Below, in pieces: positions 46,905 to 57,244 of a stretch of 64,000 nt of DNA. Numbering within the stretch: position 1 is the first letter of the stretch; each line of letters opens with the position of its first letter. The notes under the pieces were generated by a model. That model was not told where the DNA came from. It ran no database searches and worked only from the letters and a program-made list of their open reading frames with translations. A program made the translations under genes and the position numbers. Origin of the DNA: an uncultured Pseudomonas sp. (GTDB lineage: Bacteria; Pseudomonadota; Gammaproteobacteria; Pseudomonadales; Pseudomonadaceae); contig CAYVPI010000005.1 in NCBI GenBank assembly GCA_964453495.1, positions 23,835 through 87,834 on the forward strand, written 5' to 3'.

Positions 46905-47504
46905 ATGCCAAGCGATATCGAGATCTGCAACATCGCGCTCGCCCGAGTCGCGGTGACGCAGCCCATTGCCTCGTTCACCGAGCGGAGCAAGGCGGCTGAA
47001 CAGTGCGCATTGTTCTACGCGCCGATGCGCGAGCTGGTGCTGCGCGATTTCCCTTGGCCGTTCGCGGAGTCCATCGTGGCCCTGGCTGACATCGGCACGC
47101 CTGCACCTGGTTGGGCCTATCGCTACCGCTACCCGGCTGATTGCGCGATGCTGCGGGAGATCGTGCGGCCTGGCCAACGGGTCGAGCTCCGCTCCGACAT
47201 GCGGACTCCTTTCAAGGTCGGCTATGACGTCGGTGGTCGAGTAGTGCACACGGACCAGCCTGAAGCCTTAGCCAGGTTCACATTCAATGTTGAAGATCCC
47301 ACGTACTTCGACAGTCTGTTCGTTGATGCCTTCGCCTGGAAAATTGCTTGTGAGGTTGCCGTCCCGCTGACTTCCAAGGCCGAGTTCCGCCAAATGGCTG
47401 AGCAGCAATACTCGATGGCGCTGACCCGCGCCGAAGCCCAGGCATTCGAGGAGTCTCAGGACGATCCAGAGCCAGAGTCCGAATTTGTGACGGTGCGCCG
47501 ATGA
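46905..47504 (+). CDS. Tail adaptor / tubular protein A-like
   Basis: IEICNIAL...WPFA...YRYPADC motifs. Confidence 0.8.
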   Translation: MPSDIEICNIALARVAVTQPIASFTERSKAAEQCALFYAPMRELVLRDFPWPFAESIVALADIGTPAPGWAYRYRYPADCAMLREIVRPGQRVELRSDMRTPFKVGYDVGGRVVHTDQPEALARFTFNVEDPTYFDSLFVDAFAWKIACEVAVPLTSKAEFRQMAEQQYSMALTRAEAQAFEESQDDPEPESEFVTVRR

Positions 47505-49837
47505 CCAGTGTTATTCAGCCCACGTTCGCTGGCGGTGAGCTTTCGCCATCGGCGAGTGCCCGGGTGGACATCGCTCGCTATTACACCGGTCTGAAGTTGT
47601 GCCGCAATTTCACTGTCATGCCGTACGGTGGCGTGCGCAACCGCGCCGGCACAAAGTTTGTCTGCGAAGTGAAGAATTCGACGAAGAAGGTTCGGCTGAT
47701 CCCGTTCCAGTTCAACGACCAGCAGACGTACGTGCATGAGTTCGGCGACCTGTACATGCGAGTTATCAAGGACGGCGGCCAGGTGTTGACCGGTGGAAGC
47801 GTGCCATTCGAATTGGCTATGCCGTACACCCAAAATGATTTGCCGCTGCTCAACTTCACCCAGTCGGCGGACGTGATGACCTTTGCGCATCCGAGCTATC
47901 GGCCGCGCGATCTTTCTCGCCTGGCGCACGACAACTGGATCACATCCGAACTTGTGTTGTCCCCAAAAATTGCAGCACCAGCGTCTGCGTCCGCGACGGG
48001 GGCTGCCGGGACAGGGACGACGAGCTCGTGGCGCTACCAGGTCACGGCTGTGCTCGATGATGGCAATAGCCTGGATGAGTCGTTGCCGGCCACTACCGCA
48101 GCTGTCACGGTTTACGCCGACACCGCCAATGCAACTGTCACCTGGGCAGCGGTCGCTGGCGCCAGCTACTACATCGTCTACAAGGACAACGCCGGGGCGG
48201 GGGTCTATGGCTTCATTGGTCGGGCAACGGACTTGACGTTTACCGATCGAAACATCACCCCGACCAAGACCGATACACCGCCAAACGAAAATGATCCGTT
48301 TGTGGGTGCGAACAATTATCCAGGCTGTGTGGGTTACTACCAGCAGCGCCTGACCTTCGCCGGAAGCAACAACAGCCCGCAGACTGTGTGGATGAGTCGC
48401 ACAGGGCTGTTCAAGAACTTCGGATACTCGACGCCAAACAAGGATGACGACGCGATTACCTTCACCATCGCAAGCCGCGAGGTGAATCGCATGCGCCATC
48501 TTCTTGGCCTTCGTAAGCTGTTGGGGCTCACTTCGGGCGGAGAATGGACGTTCAGCGGTTCCGAGTCGGGTCTGACTGCAAAGTCCATACAGGCGTCACA
48601 GGAAGGATACGACGGGTCTTCCACCGTTCCACCGGTCGTTGTCGGACAACAGGCCGTGTATTTGCAGGCAAGAGGAAGTCGCGTTTCATCATTCGGCTAC
48701 TCGCTGCAAGCTGACGGATTTTCTGGTGACGACCTGACCATATTCGCCGCCCACCTGTTCCGTGGCCACGAGTTGGTTTCCGTGGCCTACCAGAAAATCC
48801 CTGACTCAATTGTTTGGTATGTCCGTGATGACGGCCTGCTGCTGGGCCTGACCTACTTGCCGGAGCAACAGCTTGTGGCCTGGCACCAGCACGTCACCGA
48901 TGGCTTCGTCGAGTCGATTGCCTGCATTCCTGAAGGCATGGAGGACACGCTGTACATGGTTGTCCGCCGCACGATCAATGGGGTTCAGAAGCGTTACATA
49001 GAGCGCATGGCAAGCCGGCAGTTTCAAAGCATATCGGATGCATTCTTCGTGGATTGCGGCCTGTCCTATGACGGCAGGAACGCCGACGCGGCTAAGACCA
49101 TGCAACTCACTGGGGGCATCAGCTGGGAATATCCAGAACTGGTCACAATGACCGCAGGCGGACATGCGCCATTCAGCCCAGCAAGTGTGGGCGTTCGCTA
49201 TGCCTTGCACGCCTCCCACTTTGACGCAGATGAGAATCGAATCGACGACACCGTCCGCGTGGAGGTGACTGGCTACGTCAGCGCGAACGTGGTCACTGTG
49301 CAGTTGCTGATCATCTGCCCCGTGGCCCTGCGCAACGTCACTGTATCGGACTGGGATCGCCAGACTCGTGTGCTGTCTGGTCTCGGTCATCTTGAAGGAA
49401 AGACAGTGAGCATCCTGGTCGACGGCAATGTAGAGCCTCAACAGGTAGTCACGGCGGGATCTATCACCCTGCAGTCGTACGCCGGAGTTGTACACGCTGG
49501 CCTGCCATACGCATCGGATATTGAGACCCTGAACATAGAGCTGAAGAACGCCAACGAAACGATGCTCGACAAGAAGATCGCAGTAACCAGCCTCACGGTG
49601 TTGACTGAGGAGTCGCGTGGAATATTTGCCGGCAGTAGTCGCGCTTTGGATGATCTTTACGAATTCAAGCCAGAGCGGGACACCTATGAAAACCCGCTGG
49701 AGCCGCTCACAGGCCAGGCCGAGATCATCATTCCCAACAACTGGGAGGAAAAGGGGCGGATCTGCATCCGCCAGAGCGATCCTTTACCGCTGACCGTGCT
49801 TGCGGTGATTCCGGAGGTGACCTTTGGTGGTCGCTGA
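47501..49837 (+). CDS. Tail nozzle / tubular protein B-like
   Basis: QPTFAGGELSP, YYQQRL.FAG and QSDPLPLTVLAV motifs. Confidence 0.85.
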   Translation: MTSVIQPTFAGGELSPSASARVDIARYYTGLKLCRNFTVMPYGGVRNRAGTKFVCEVKNSTKKVRLIPFQFNDQQTYVHEFGDLYMRVIKDGGQVLTGGSVPFELAMPYTQNDLPLLNFTQSADVMTFAHPSYRPRDLSRLAHDNWITSELVLSPKIAAPASASATGAAGTGTTSSWRYQVTAVLDDGNSLDESLPATTAAVTVYADTANATVTWAAVAGASYYIVYKDNAGAGVYGFIGRATDLTFTDRNITPTKTDTPPNENDPFVGANNYPGCVGYYQQRLTFAGSNNSPQTVWMSRTGLFKNFGYSTPNKDDDAITFTIASREVNRMRHLLGLRKLLGLTSGGEWTFSGSESGLTAKSIQASQEGYDGSSTVPPVVVGQQAVYLQARGSRVSSFGYSLQADGFSGDDLTIFAAHLFRGHELVSVAYQKIPDSIVWYVRDDGLLLGLTYLPEQQLVAWHQHVTDGFVESIACIPEGMEDTLYMVVRRTINGVQKRYIERMASRQFQSISDAFFVDCGLSYDGRNADAAKTMQLTGGISWEYPELVTMTAGGHAPFSPASVGVRYALHASHFDADENRIDDTVRVEVTGYVSANVVTVQLLIICPVALRNVTVSDWDRQTRVLSGLGHLEGKTVSILVDGNVEPQQVVTAGSITLQSYAGVVHAGLPYASDIETLNIELKNANETMLDKKIAVTSLTVLTEESRGIFAGSSRALDDLYEFKPERDTYENPLEPLTGQAEIIIPNNWEEKGRICIRQSDPLPLTVLAVIPEVTFGGR

Positions 49838-50291
49838 GGTCCTGCCGTTCACGGTCGATGATGTTCCGACCATTCTCCCAGACGTGCGTCAGGCCGACAT
49901 CGACGAATTGCATGAAGCCCTGGGCTTGGATATGGAGCTCGCCTTACGAGAGTGCGCCACCGGCAGCTTGAAGGCGCAGAAAATCGTTGTGGAAGGCAAG
50001 GTCGTAGCGGTCTTCGGTGACGCGGTGCACAGCGTGCTCGGATCGATAGGGGTGCCATGGCTGATCAGCACCAACCATGTCGAGCATCACCCCCGTGCGT
50101 TCCTGAAGGTCTGCAAGCCAGAAGTGGCCGACATGCTGACCCGCCACCGGCACCTGATCAATTACGTCGACGCGCGCAACACAAAGGCCATTCGCTGGCT
50201 GAAGTGGCTCGGCTTCGAGTTCGGAGAGCCCGCGCTATATGGCGCCAAGGGTTTCCCGTTTTACCCATTTTCCTTGAATCGCGAGAATTGA
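49824..50291 (+). CDS. GNAT-like virion assembly protein (T7 gp13/DUF2833-like)
   Basis: RQADIDE and NYVDARN.KAIRWLKWLGF motifs. Confidence 0.8.
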   Translation: MVVAEVLPFTVDDVPTILPDVRQADIDELHEALGLDMELALRECATGSLKAQKIVVEGKVVAVFGDAVHSVLGSIGVPWLISTNHVEHHPRAFLKVCKPEVADMLTRHRHLINYVDARNTKAIRWLKWLGFEFGEPALYGAKGFPFYPFSLNREN

Positions 50292-50292
50292 T

Positions 50293-50763
50293 ATGTGCTG
50301 GATGGTAGCGATCCCCGCAGCAATTTCCTTGTTCAGTGGCGCGATGGGGGCGCAAAGTGCTTTGGCAAACGGTGCGTTTCAGTCGAATCTGCTGACCAAG
50401 AATGCAAGTTTCAAAAACCAGACAGCCGACGAAACCGAAGCTTCTGGGCTGCAGTCAGCTGATTGGCAGCGTGTTCGCACCAACCAGGCGATTGGCAGCC
50501 AGCGCGCCGCCCAGGCCGCGAATGGCATCGACGTCAACAGCGGGAGTGCCGCAAGCCTCCAGGACGATGCCGCGATGCTCGGTGAGCTGGATGCCCTAAC
50601 GATCCAGAACAACGCCGCGCGTGAAGCCTACGGCTACCGCACCCAGGCTCAGCAGGACCTGGATAATGCAGCCATGGCCCGTAGTAATGCGAAGTCCAAT
50701 GCGTTCGGCTCCATCCTTGGTGGTTTTGGCGGTGCCTTCAACTCGTACGCAGGGAGCAAGTAA
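50293..50763 (+). CDS. Internal virion (ejection) protein, small
   Basis: QRAAQAANGID..SGSA; Gly/Ala-rich ends. Confidence 0.75.
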   Translation: MCWMVAIPAAISLFSGAMGAQSALANGAFQSNLLTKNASFKNQTADETEASGLQSADWQRVRTNQAIGSQRAAQAANGIDVNSGSAASLQDDAAMLGELDALTIQNNAAREAYGYRTQAQQDLDNAAMARSNAKSNAFGSILGGFGGAFNSYAGSK

Positions 50764-52856
50764 TGGCTCGAGTACCCGCTTATGACGCCCCGCAGGTCCA
50801 GAACCAGCCGCAGCGTGCAATACAGCTGAGTGGCATCGCGCCGGATAATTCTGCTGTTCAGCAGGGATTGCAATCGTTCCAGCGTGGTTTCCAGGTGTTG
50901 GCCGACAAAGAACGTGAGCGCGCGGACACCGCCGCGATCATGGACGCTGATAACAAGCTGACCCAGTGGCAGCAGCAGACCATGTTCGGTGAGCAGGGCG
51001 TCTACTCCCGCAAGGGCCAGAACGCCCTGGACATCACCAACCAGACGCTCGACCAGTTCGAGAAAGCCCAGGCCGAGGTTGCCAAGACGCTGACCAGCGA
51101 TCAGCAGCGCGCCAGGTACGCCCAGATTGTGGCCGGTCGCCGTAACTCGATTTCGAATGATCTGAACCGCTACGAGTACAGCGAACGCCAGAACTACTAC
51201 GGCCAGGTCGAACAAGGGCAGCTGGATACGTCGCTGCAGGGCGCCGCCCTCGACTATCAGGACCCGGCCAAGGTTCAGCAGTATCGCGCCAAGGTCGATG
51301 CTGTGCTGGCCAGCCGGGCGGAGCGGATGGGTCTTTCGCCAGAGGCTGCCCAAGCCGAGCGCCTGAAGGTCAACAGCCAGATGTCCCAAGCCGTTATCCA
51401 GCGCATGCTTGTCGACTCCCCGCAGAATGCCAAGTCGCTGTTCGAGTCCTATAAAGACACGATGACCGCCGAGGACCAGATCCGCGCGAGCAGCGGCATC
51501 GACCAGGGATTCCGGCGCCTGGAGGCTGAAGCGCGTCAGCGCCAGATCGAGGCAAGACAGTTGCAGGCCATCTCCCGGGTTGATCTTCAGTCGCGAGCGC
51601 AAGACGCCCAGGCCGCTTACTTGCAAGGCCTGGACTTTGAAAATCCGCCAACAAAGGCTGACTTCGAGGCGGCCTACGGTAATGAGCAGGGTGCCCAGCG
51701 ATACGACTCGTTTGCCAAGGTTCAATCCGTAGCGCCTGCGATCCGCGAATTCGCCACGGCAACACCACCCGAACGCCAGGAGATCCTGGCCAAATACCAG
51801 CCAGCTCAGGATGGCGTGGCCGGGGATGGGTTTAAGGAAGACTCCCAACTCTATCAACACCTGACCAGCGTTGCCGTTGGCCTACTGAAACAGCAGCAAA
51901 CCGACCCGGCAGCCTATGTCGCCAAGTACAGTCCCGAGGTGCGCCGTACCTTCGCCGCTGCTCAAGAAGCAGGCACGCCAGAGGCCTATCAGGCCTACGC
52001 GAATGCGACCGTTGCCGAACAGCAGCGCCTTGGCGTGATTCAGCCAAAGCTACTGCCGGATGCCGCTGCTGACCAGTTGGCTGCGAACTTCAATGCCCAG
52101 GTGAACGGAGGGGAAAACGCCGCGGCGCTGATCGAGCAGCAGCAAGCACAATGGGGCGCCAGTTTCCCGATTATCACCCAGCAACTTGGCGACAAGCTGC
52201 CGGCCGAGGCCCAGGTGATTGCCACTGGCCTGCCGAAGGACGTCGCCGAGCGGATGGCCGCCGTGGCGCCACTGAAGGATTCCGAACTCAAATCCGGCTT
52301 GCAAAAGGGCCAGGCCGATGAGATTAACCAGTCAGTACAGGCGGAAATGCAGAGCTTTGCCCAATCTCTGCAGGGGCAGGTCGGGGGAATTAGCACATTC
52401 AACACCATGTACAAGGCTGCAGTGCGCACGGCAACCTCGTACGTGCTCCAGGGAGATAGCCCAAAAACTGCCGCCGAGAAGGTGGTGAATGGCATGGTGA
52501 ACGACAAGTACGAGTTTTTCGGCACCTACCGAGTGCCAAAAACATTGGACACGGCCGCTGTCAACCGGGGCGCCGAGCATGCCCTCAATCAGATAAAGCC
52601 AGAGGAACTGATGCCGCTTCCTGGCTTGCGCGGGGTGACCGATGCAGCCAACGCCGAGCAACTGCACGAGGCATTGTTGAACGGTGGCCAGTGGGTCCCG
52701 ACCAACGATGAGTCAGGCTTGTCGCTGACATTGAACGGCTACCGTGTGTTGGGCAAGGACGGGAAGCCCATTTCCCGTTCGTGGGCTGATCTGCAACAGC
52801 AAGGCCTTACCGAGCCACGGCCTTCCAAGGCCCCTGGATTAGGGATCTACCCTTGA
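50763..52856 (+). CDS. Internal virion (ejection) protein
   Basis: 697 aa, Q/A-rich and helical, in ejection-protein position. Confidence 0.7.
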   Translation: MARVPAYDAPQVQNQPQRAIQLSGIAPDNSAVQQGLQSFQRGFQVLADKERERADTAAIMDADNKLTQWQQQTMFGEQGVYSRKGQNALDITNQTLDQFEKAQAEVAKTLTSDQQRARYAQIVAGRRNSISNDLNRYEYSERQNYYGQVEQGQLDTSLQGAALDYQDPAKVQQYRAKVDAVLASRAERMGLSPEAAQAERLKVNSQMSQAVIQRMLVDSPQNAKSLFESYKDTMTAEDQIRASSGIDQGFRRLEAEARQRQIEARQLQAISRVDLQSRAQDAQAAYLQGLDFENPPTKADFEAAYGNEQGAQRYDSFAKVQSVAPAIREFATATPPERQEILAKYQPAQDGVAGDGFKEDSQLYQHLTSVAVGLLKQQQTDPAAYVAKYSPEVRRTFAAAQEAGTPEAYQAYANATVAEQQRLGVIQPKLLPDAAADQLAANFNAQVNGGENAAALIEQQQAQWGASFPIITQQLGDKLPAEAQVIATGLPKDVAERMAAVAPLKDSELKSGLQKGQADEINQSVQAEMQSFAQSLQGQVGGISTFNTMYKAAVRTATSYVLQGDSPKTAAEKVVNGMVNDKYEFFGTYRVPKTLDTAAVNRGAEHALNQIKPEELMPLPGLRGVTDAANAEQLHEALLNGGQWVPTNDESGLSLTLNGYRVLGKDGKPISRSWADLQQQGLTEPRPSKAPGLGIYP

Positions 52857-54613
52857 CCATTTACGCGGGAGACGCGCCGGCACTTGATCGGCGCACGTTG
52901 CTGGATATCCCGGCAGACAGTGGCGAAGTGTTTGGCTCGGCGTTCGACGAGGCTTTTTCGACCAATCCGAGCACCTCCGCATTCCGCCTGGAAGAGCTGG
53001 CGCAGCAGCAGGAAGGCCGCGCAGTTGTCATGGGGCCAGAGTCCTATTTTGCGCCGAATGCCGGACGGGTCGAACCAGAAACCCCGCTGATCGATGCCCA
53101 GCAAGCCCGCGACCAAGTTACTGGCGCCGGCCTCGACATCAAGATCCCGGAGCAGGGTATTCGCCAGGGTGCTCTGGATGTATTGATTGATCGGCATCGG
53201 GAGCAGTTGGCTCGCCAGCAGATTATGGTCCGCGCCAACGGCGGATCGATGCCGACCCAGATTGCCGCCAGTCTGGCCGCTTCGCTGCTCGATCCACTCA
53301 ACATAGCCTCGGCATTTGTGCCGGTGGTTGGCCCTTCGCGCTATGCTTCCTTGCTTGCTCGGGCAGGAACTCCGCTTCGCCGCGCAGGAGTTCGCACGGG
53401 CATTGGCGCACTGGAAGGGTCTGTAGGTGCTGCGATCCTTGAGCCTCTACCACTGTTTGCCGCCCAGGCTGACCAGACCGAATATGGCCTTTCTGACTCG
53501 CTCGCCAACATTGCTCTGGGCGGCGTGCTTGGTGGTGGCCTGCACTCGGTCGGCGGTGCCGTCTCCGATGCGCTGCGCCGGCGGATCGCTACTGAAGCCC
53601 CGGCTGTTGAAACTGCTTTGAATGTCCCACCAACTGGCCGGGTGATGGACGCGCCGAAAATGCGCTCCGCCGATCTGGCCCGACTGTTCGAAGAGGATCC
53701 AGAGCTAGCCCTACGTGCTGGTCTTAGTCGCCAGATCGAGGCCGACCAGGCCGAACTGTACCGCGCCGCTGAGCGCCAAGCTGTCGAAGAGATCCGCCCG
53801 GCGTTGACCGGCGAGCGAGTTGGCAACGTAGCCGACCTGAAAGCCGAACGCATTGGCCTGGTGCAGCAGGACATGAACCTGGACGCAACCTTCCGCGAGC
53901 GTGCGAAGGAGTTTCAAGGGCAGCGCATGAGCCGCAAGCAGGCCGAGCGCGCAGCCCGCGACTCCATCACCGTGGAGCGTGAGCAGTTGCGCTCCCGCCA
54001 GGCAGAGATCGACACGGTGCTCGAGCGCAACCGCGCCGGTGAACTCGACCGCCGCGACCTTGGGCTGATCGAGCGCGGCCAGATTCCCGAGCGACTGCAA
54101 CCGCAAATCGAAGCCAGGGCCCGGCAGATCATGCAAGGCTACCAACTGCGCCCGCTTGGGCCGTCCATTCGCACTGCCAGAGAAACAGCCGAGTCCGCAG
54201 ACTGGACAGTACGCAGCAACGCACTCAGAACTGCTGTGGCGCAGGCCGTGAGCGGCCGCGATGTCGATGTGCAGAATCTGTTCGACCTGGAAGACCCGGC
54301 CAAAGCAGCCGCGGCGCTGGAGTATCTGAAGCGCCCACAATTCAGAAAGGTGGATGCAGAAGGCCAGACAGAAAGCCTGCGAATCGATGGCCAGGCGAAG
54401 GACGTCGACGAACTGGAAGCGGCCCGCGTTGCACTGGAAGAGGACGAAGCGATGGCCCGGGAGGTGCTCGATCAGCTTCCGGAAGACCAACGCGTCCAGG
54501 TCGAGGCAGCAGGGCGCGAAGAAATGGCACTGGCCCAGGCAGAAGCCGACAAGGCCGAGCAGTATTCGAAGGCATATCGCGCGGCTGCAATTTGCGACTT
54601 GAGGAGAGGCTAA
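52853..54613 (+). CDS. Internal virion (ejection) protein
   Basis: 586 aa, DPLNIASAFVP and Gly-rich hydrophobic segments. Confidence 0.7.
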   Translation: MTIYAGDAPALDRRTLLDIPADSGEVFGSAFDEAFSTNPSTSAFRLEELAQQQEGRAVVMGPESYFAPNAGRVEPETPLIDAQQARDQVTGAGLDIKIPEQGIRQGALDVLIDRHREQLARQQIMVRANGGSMPTQIAASLAASLLDPLNIASAFVPVVGPSRYASLLARAGTPLRRAGVRTGIGALEGSVGAAILEPLPLFAAQADQTEYGLSDSLANIALGGVLGGGLHSVGGAVSDALRRRIATEAPAVETALNVPPTGRVMDAPKMRSADLARLFEEDPELALRAGLSRQIEADQAELYRAAERQAVEEIRPALTGERVGNVADLKAERIGLVQQDMNLDATFRERAKEFQGQRMSRKQAERAARDSITVEREQLRSRQAEIDTVLERNRAGELDRRDLGLIERGQIPERLQPQIEARARQIMQGYQLRPLGPSIRTARETAESADWTVRSNALRTAVAQAVSGRDVDVQNLFDLEDPAKAAAALEYLKRPQFRKVDAEGQTESLRIDGQAKDVDELEAARVALEEDEAMAREVLDQLPEDQRVQVEAAGREEMALAQAEADKAEQYSKAYRAAAICDLRRG

Positions 54614-57183
54614 TGACTTCGTTACCACTGGGGATCAGTGAGTGCGCCGATGCCGTGCGGGCCGCCGCCGGCGATATGGAGTCTGGCGAAATCAACGAGA
54701 TTTTCCAGATGCTGCGTGGACGGGCCAAGGAGATCATGGCGAGTGAGGGATCGCTTGGGATGGAACAGGCCACCCTCCGTGCTGCCGATGAACTGGCCAG
54801 ACAGGCCGAACACGCCGCAATCATCGAAAAACGTAGTGCCTTGATCAACGTTCGAGCCCGGGCAAAGTTGGTTACATTTGTCCGCGACCAGTTCTCAGAC
54901 CGGCCTGACTTGGGCGTCGAGTCGTTCCTTGTAGGCACCAACCTGGCGCGACAAGGTTCCCGGCTGTCTGTGGCCGCCGAGCAAAAGGCGTTGGGCGATG
55001 CCTACATCGGTGGGTTGTTGAGCGATCTGGATCGTTCTGACCTGGTGCCGATCCTTGCAAAGGGCGACTCTGACCAGGACATTGCCGACGCTCTCTGGCG
55101 AATCGGTAAGGACATGGACACCAAAGACCTGAATCCGCAGGTCGTCGAGATTGCGAACTTGATTCAGAAGTACCAGGAGGGCGCCCGCATCGATGCCAAT
55201 CGGGCAGGGGCGAGCATCGGTAAGATCCCTGGCTACATTGCCCGCCAGAGCCACGACAGCGAGAAGATCGGGAATGCGGGCTTCGATAAGTGGGTCGAGG
55301 ACTTACTGCCTCGCCTTGATCCGAAGACCTTCGAGGGTATCAGCGATACCGCGAGCTATCTCAAGGGTATCTATGACGGGCTCGTTTCTGGCGATCACCT
55401 GAAGGCTCATGGCGGGGCCAAGCCGAACGGTTTCAGGGGGCCGGCCAATCTTGCCAAGAAGCTCAGCCAGGAACGCGTCCTTCACTTCAGGGACGGGATT
55501 ACCTGGCACGAGTACAACAAGCAGTACGGTACCGGTAACTTGCGCGAGGCCCTGTTGCGTGGGTTGGACCTGTCTGGCCAAAACACCGCGCTGATGCGCC
55601 GGCTGGGCACCAACCCGGAGGCAAACTTCAACATGGCGTTGGATTCGATCAAGGAAGATGTCCGCAAGAGTGGCGATCCAGAGGCGCTTGAACACTTCAA
55701 TAATGCCCGTCGTGGCATGCTGGACAACCGCTACAAGGAAGTCAGCGGCCAGACACGCATCCCGGGCAGCGCCTGGCAGGCTAGGGTGGCGGCCAACGTT
55801 CGGGCCTGGCAGTCCCTGTCCAAACTCGGCGGCGCGCTGCTGTCGAGCTTCACCGATTTACCGGTGGCGGCCAGCGAAATGCGGTACCAGGGCCGGAGTT
55901 TCCTTGGCAGCCTGTCCGAAATGGCCGGCGGCCTGCTGAAGGGGCGTGGTAGCAAAGAGCAGCGGGAGATCCTTTCAAGCTACGGGGTATACGCCGACTC
56001 CATGCGCGGCGAGATCATGCGGCGCTTCTCGGCTGACGACTCGATGGGCGGAAAGATGTCGCGCGGTATGAGCCTGTTCTTCAAGTACAACGGCCTGTCC
56101 TGGTGGACCGACGCCAACAAGGCGAGCGCCGGCCTGATGATGGCTCACAACCTTGCCCAGAACAAAGACCGCGCCTGGGGCTCGCTCAACCCTAATTTCC
56201 GCCGTGCCCTGAGCCTGTACGACCTGGACGCAGGCAAGTGGGACTTATTGCGCGGTATGGATACGCGCATGGCCGATGGCCGTGATTACATGACCACCGA
56301 TGGAGTTGACGCGATCCCGGATGTCCAAGTTGCCGACTACCTCAAAGAGCTCAACCGGCCGGTGTTCCCCGGAGCCATCCGCGAGGTACGCCAAGACCTG
56401 AACCGCAGCCTGCGTGCCTACATCAACGACCGGGTGAGTTACGCGATCCTTGAGCCCGACGCGCGCACACGTTCGATCATGAACCAAGGCACGCAGCCCG
56501 GCACCGTGCCAGGCGACCTGCTGCGCTTCGTCACCCAGTTCAAAAGCTTCCCTGCGGCTTATATGCAGAAGACCCTGGGCCGCGAACTGTACGGGAGAGG
56601 GTATGCGCCCACCCCGCTGGGGCAAGGCTATCGCGGCAGCAAGGACCTAATTGCAGCACTTCGCAATGGCAACGGTGAACGTCTCGGCCTGGCCCAGCTG
56701 CTTCTATGGACCACGGCATTTGGCTACCTATCGATGGCAGCCAAAGACGTGGTAAAGGGCCGCGAGCCGCGCTCCCCGGACGATTTCAAAACATGGTTCG
56801 CCGCAATGGTCCAAGGCGGTGGCTTCGGGATTTTCGGTGACTTTATGTTTGGCGAAGTTAGCCGGTTCGGTAACAAGCCGCTCGAAACCCTCGCTGGGCC
56901 GACCCTGGGCACGGCCGCGAGCGCAATCGACCTGTGGGCCAAAGTACGCTCCGGCGATGACGCTGCAGCTTCGGCTTTGCGCCTTGCCCAGAACAACACC
57001 CCGTTCCTGAACTTGTTTTACAGCCGGATCGCACTGGACCACCTATTCTTCTACTCCCTGCAGGAGGCGATGAACCCGGGCTCGCTTCGCCGAACCGAGC
57101 AGCGCATCCAAAAAGAAAACGACCAGCAGTTTCTGATCAGGCCGTCCCAGAACTATATGGATCCGCTGGGCATCGCCAGGTAA
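54613..57183 (+). CDS. Large internal virion (ejection) protein
   Basis: QFKSFP and GG.GIFGDF motifs. Start re-called at MTSL (TAATG overlap). Confidence 0.75.
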   Translation: MTSLPLGISECADAVRAAAGDMESGEINEIFQMLRGRAKEIMASEGSLGMEQATLRAADELARQAEHAAIIEKRSALINVRARAKLVTFVRDQFSDRPDLGVESFLVGTNLARQGSRLSVAAEQKALGDAYIGGLLSDLDRSDLVPILAKGDSDQDIADALWRIGKDMDTKDLNPQVVEIANLIQKYQEGARIDANRAGASIGKIPGYIARQSHDSEKIGNAGFDKWVEDLLPRLDPKTFEGISDTASYLKGIYDGLVSGDHLKAHGGAKPNGFRGPANLAKKLSQERVLHFRDGITWHEYNKQYGTGNLREALLRGLDLSGQNTALMRRLGTNPEANFNMALDSIKEDVRKSGDPEALEHFNNARRGMLDNRYKEVSGQTRIPGSAWQARVAANVRAWQSLSKLGGALLSSFTDLPVAASEMRYQGRSFLGSLSEMAGGLLKGRGSKEQREILSSYGVYADSMRGEIMRRFSADDSMGGKMSRGMSLFFKYNGLSWWTDANKASAGLMMAHNLAQNKDRAWGSLNPNFRRALSLYDLDAGKWDLLRGMDTRMADGRDYMTTDGVDAIPDVQVADYLKELNRPVFPGAIREVRQDLNRSLRAYINDRVSYAILEPDARTRSIMNQGTQPGTVPGDLLRFVTQFKSFPAAYMQKTLGRELYGRGYAPTPLGQGYRGSKDLIAALRNGNGERLGLAQLLLWTTAFGYLSMAAKDVVKGREPRSPDDFKTWFAAMVQGGGFGIFGDFMFGEVSRFGNKPLETLAGPTLGTAASAIDLWAKVRSGDDAAASALRLAQNNTPFLNLFYSRIALDHLFFYSLQEAMNPGSLRRTEQRIQKENDQQFLIRPSQNYMDPLGIAR

Positions 57184-57199
57184 CTGAAGACAGACATCG

Positions 57200-57225
57200 A
57201 ACCCCGCCAGCCGCGGGGTTTTTTA
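57200..57225 (+). terminator. Intrinsic terminator before the tail fibre gene
   Basis: AACCCCGC-CAGCC-GCGGGGTT followed by a T-tract. Confidence 0.65.
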
Positions 57226-57244
57226 ATGCCCAGAGGAAAGTGCC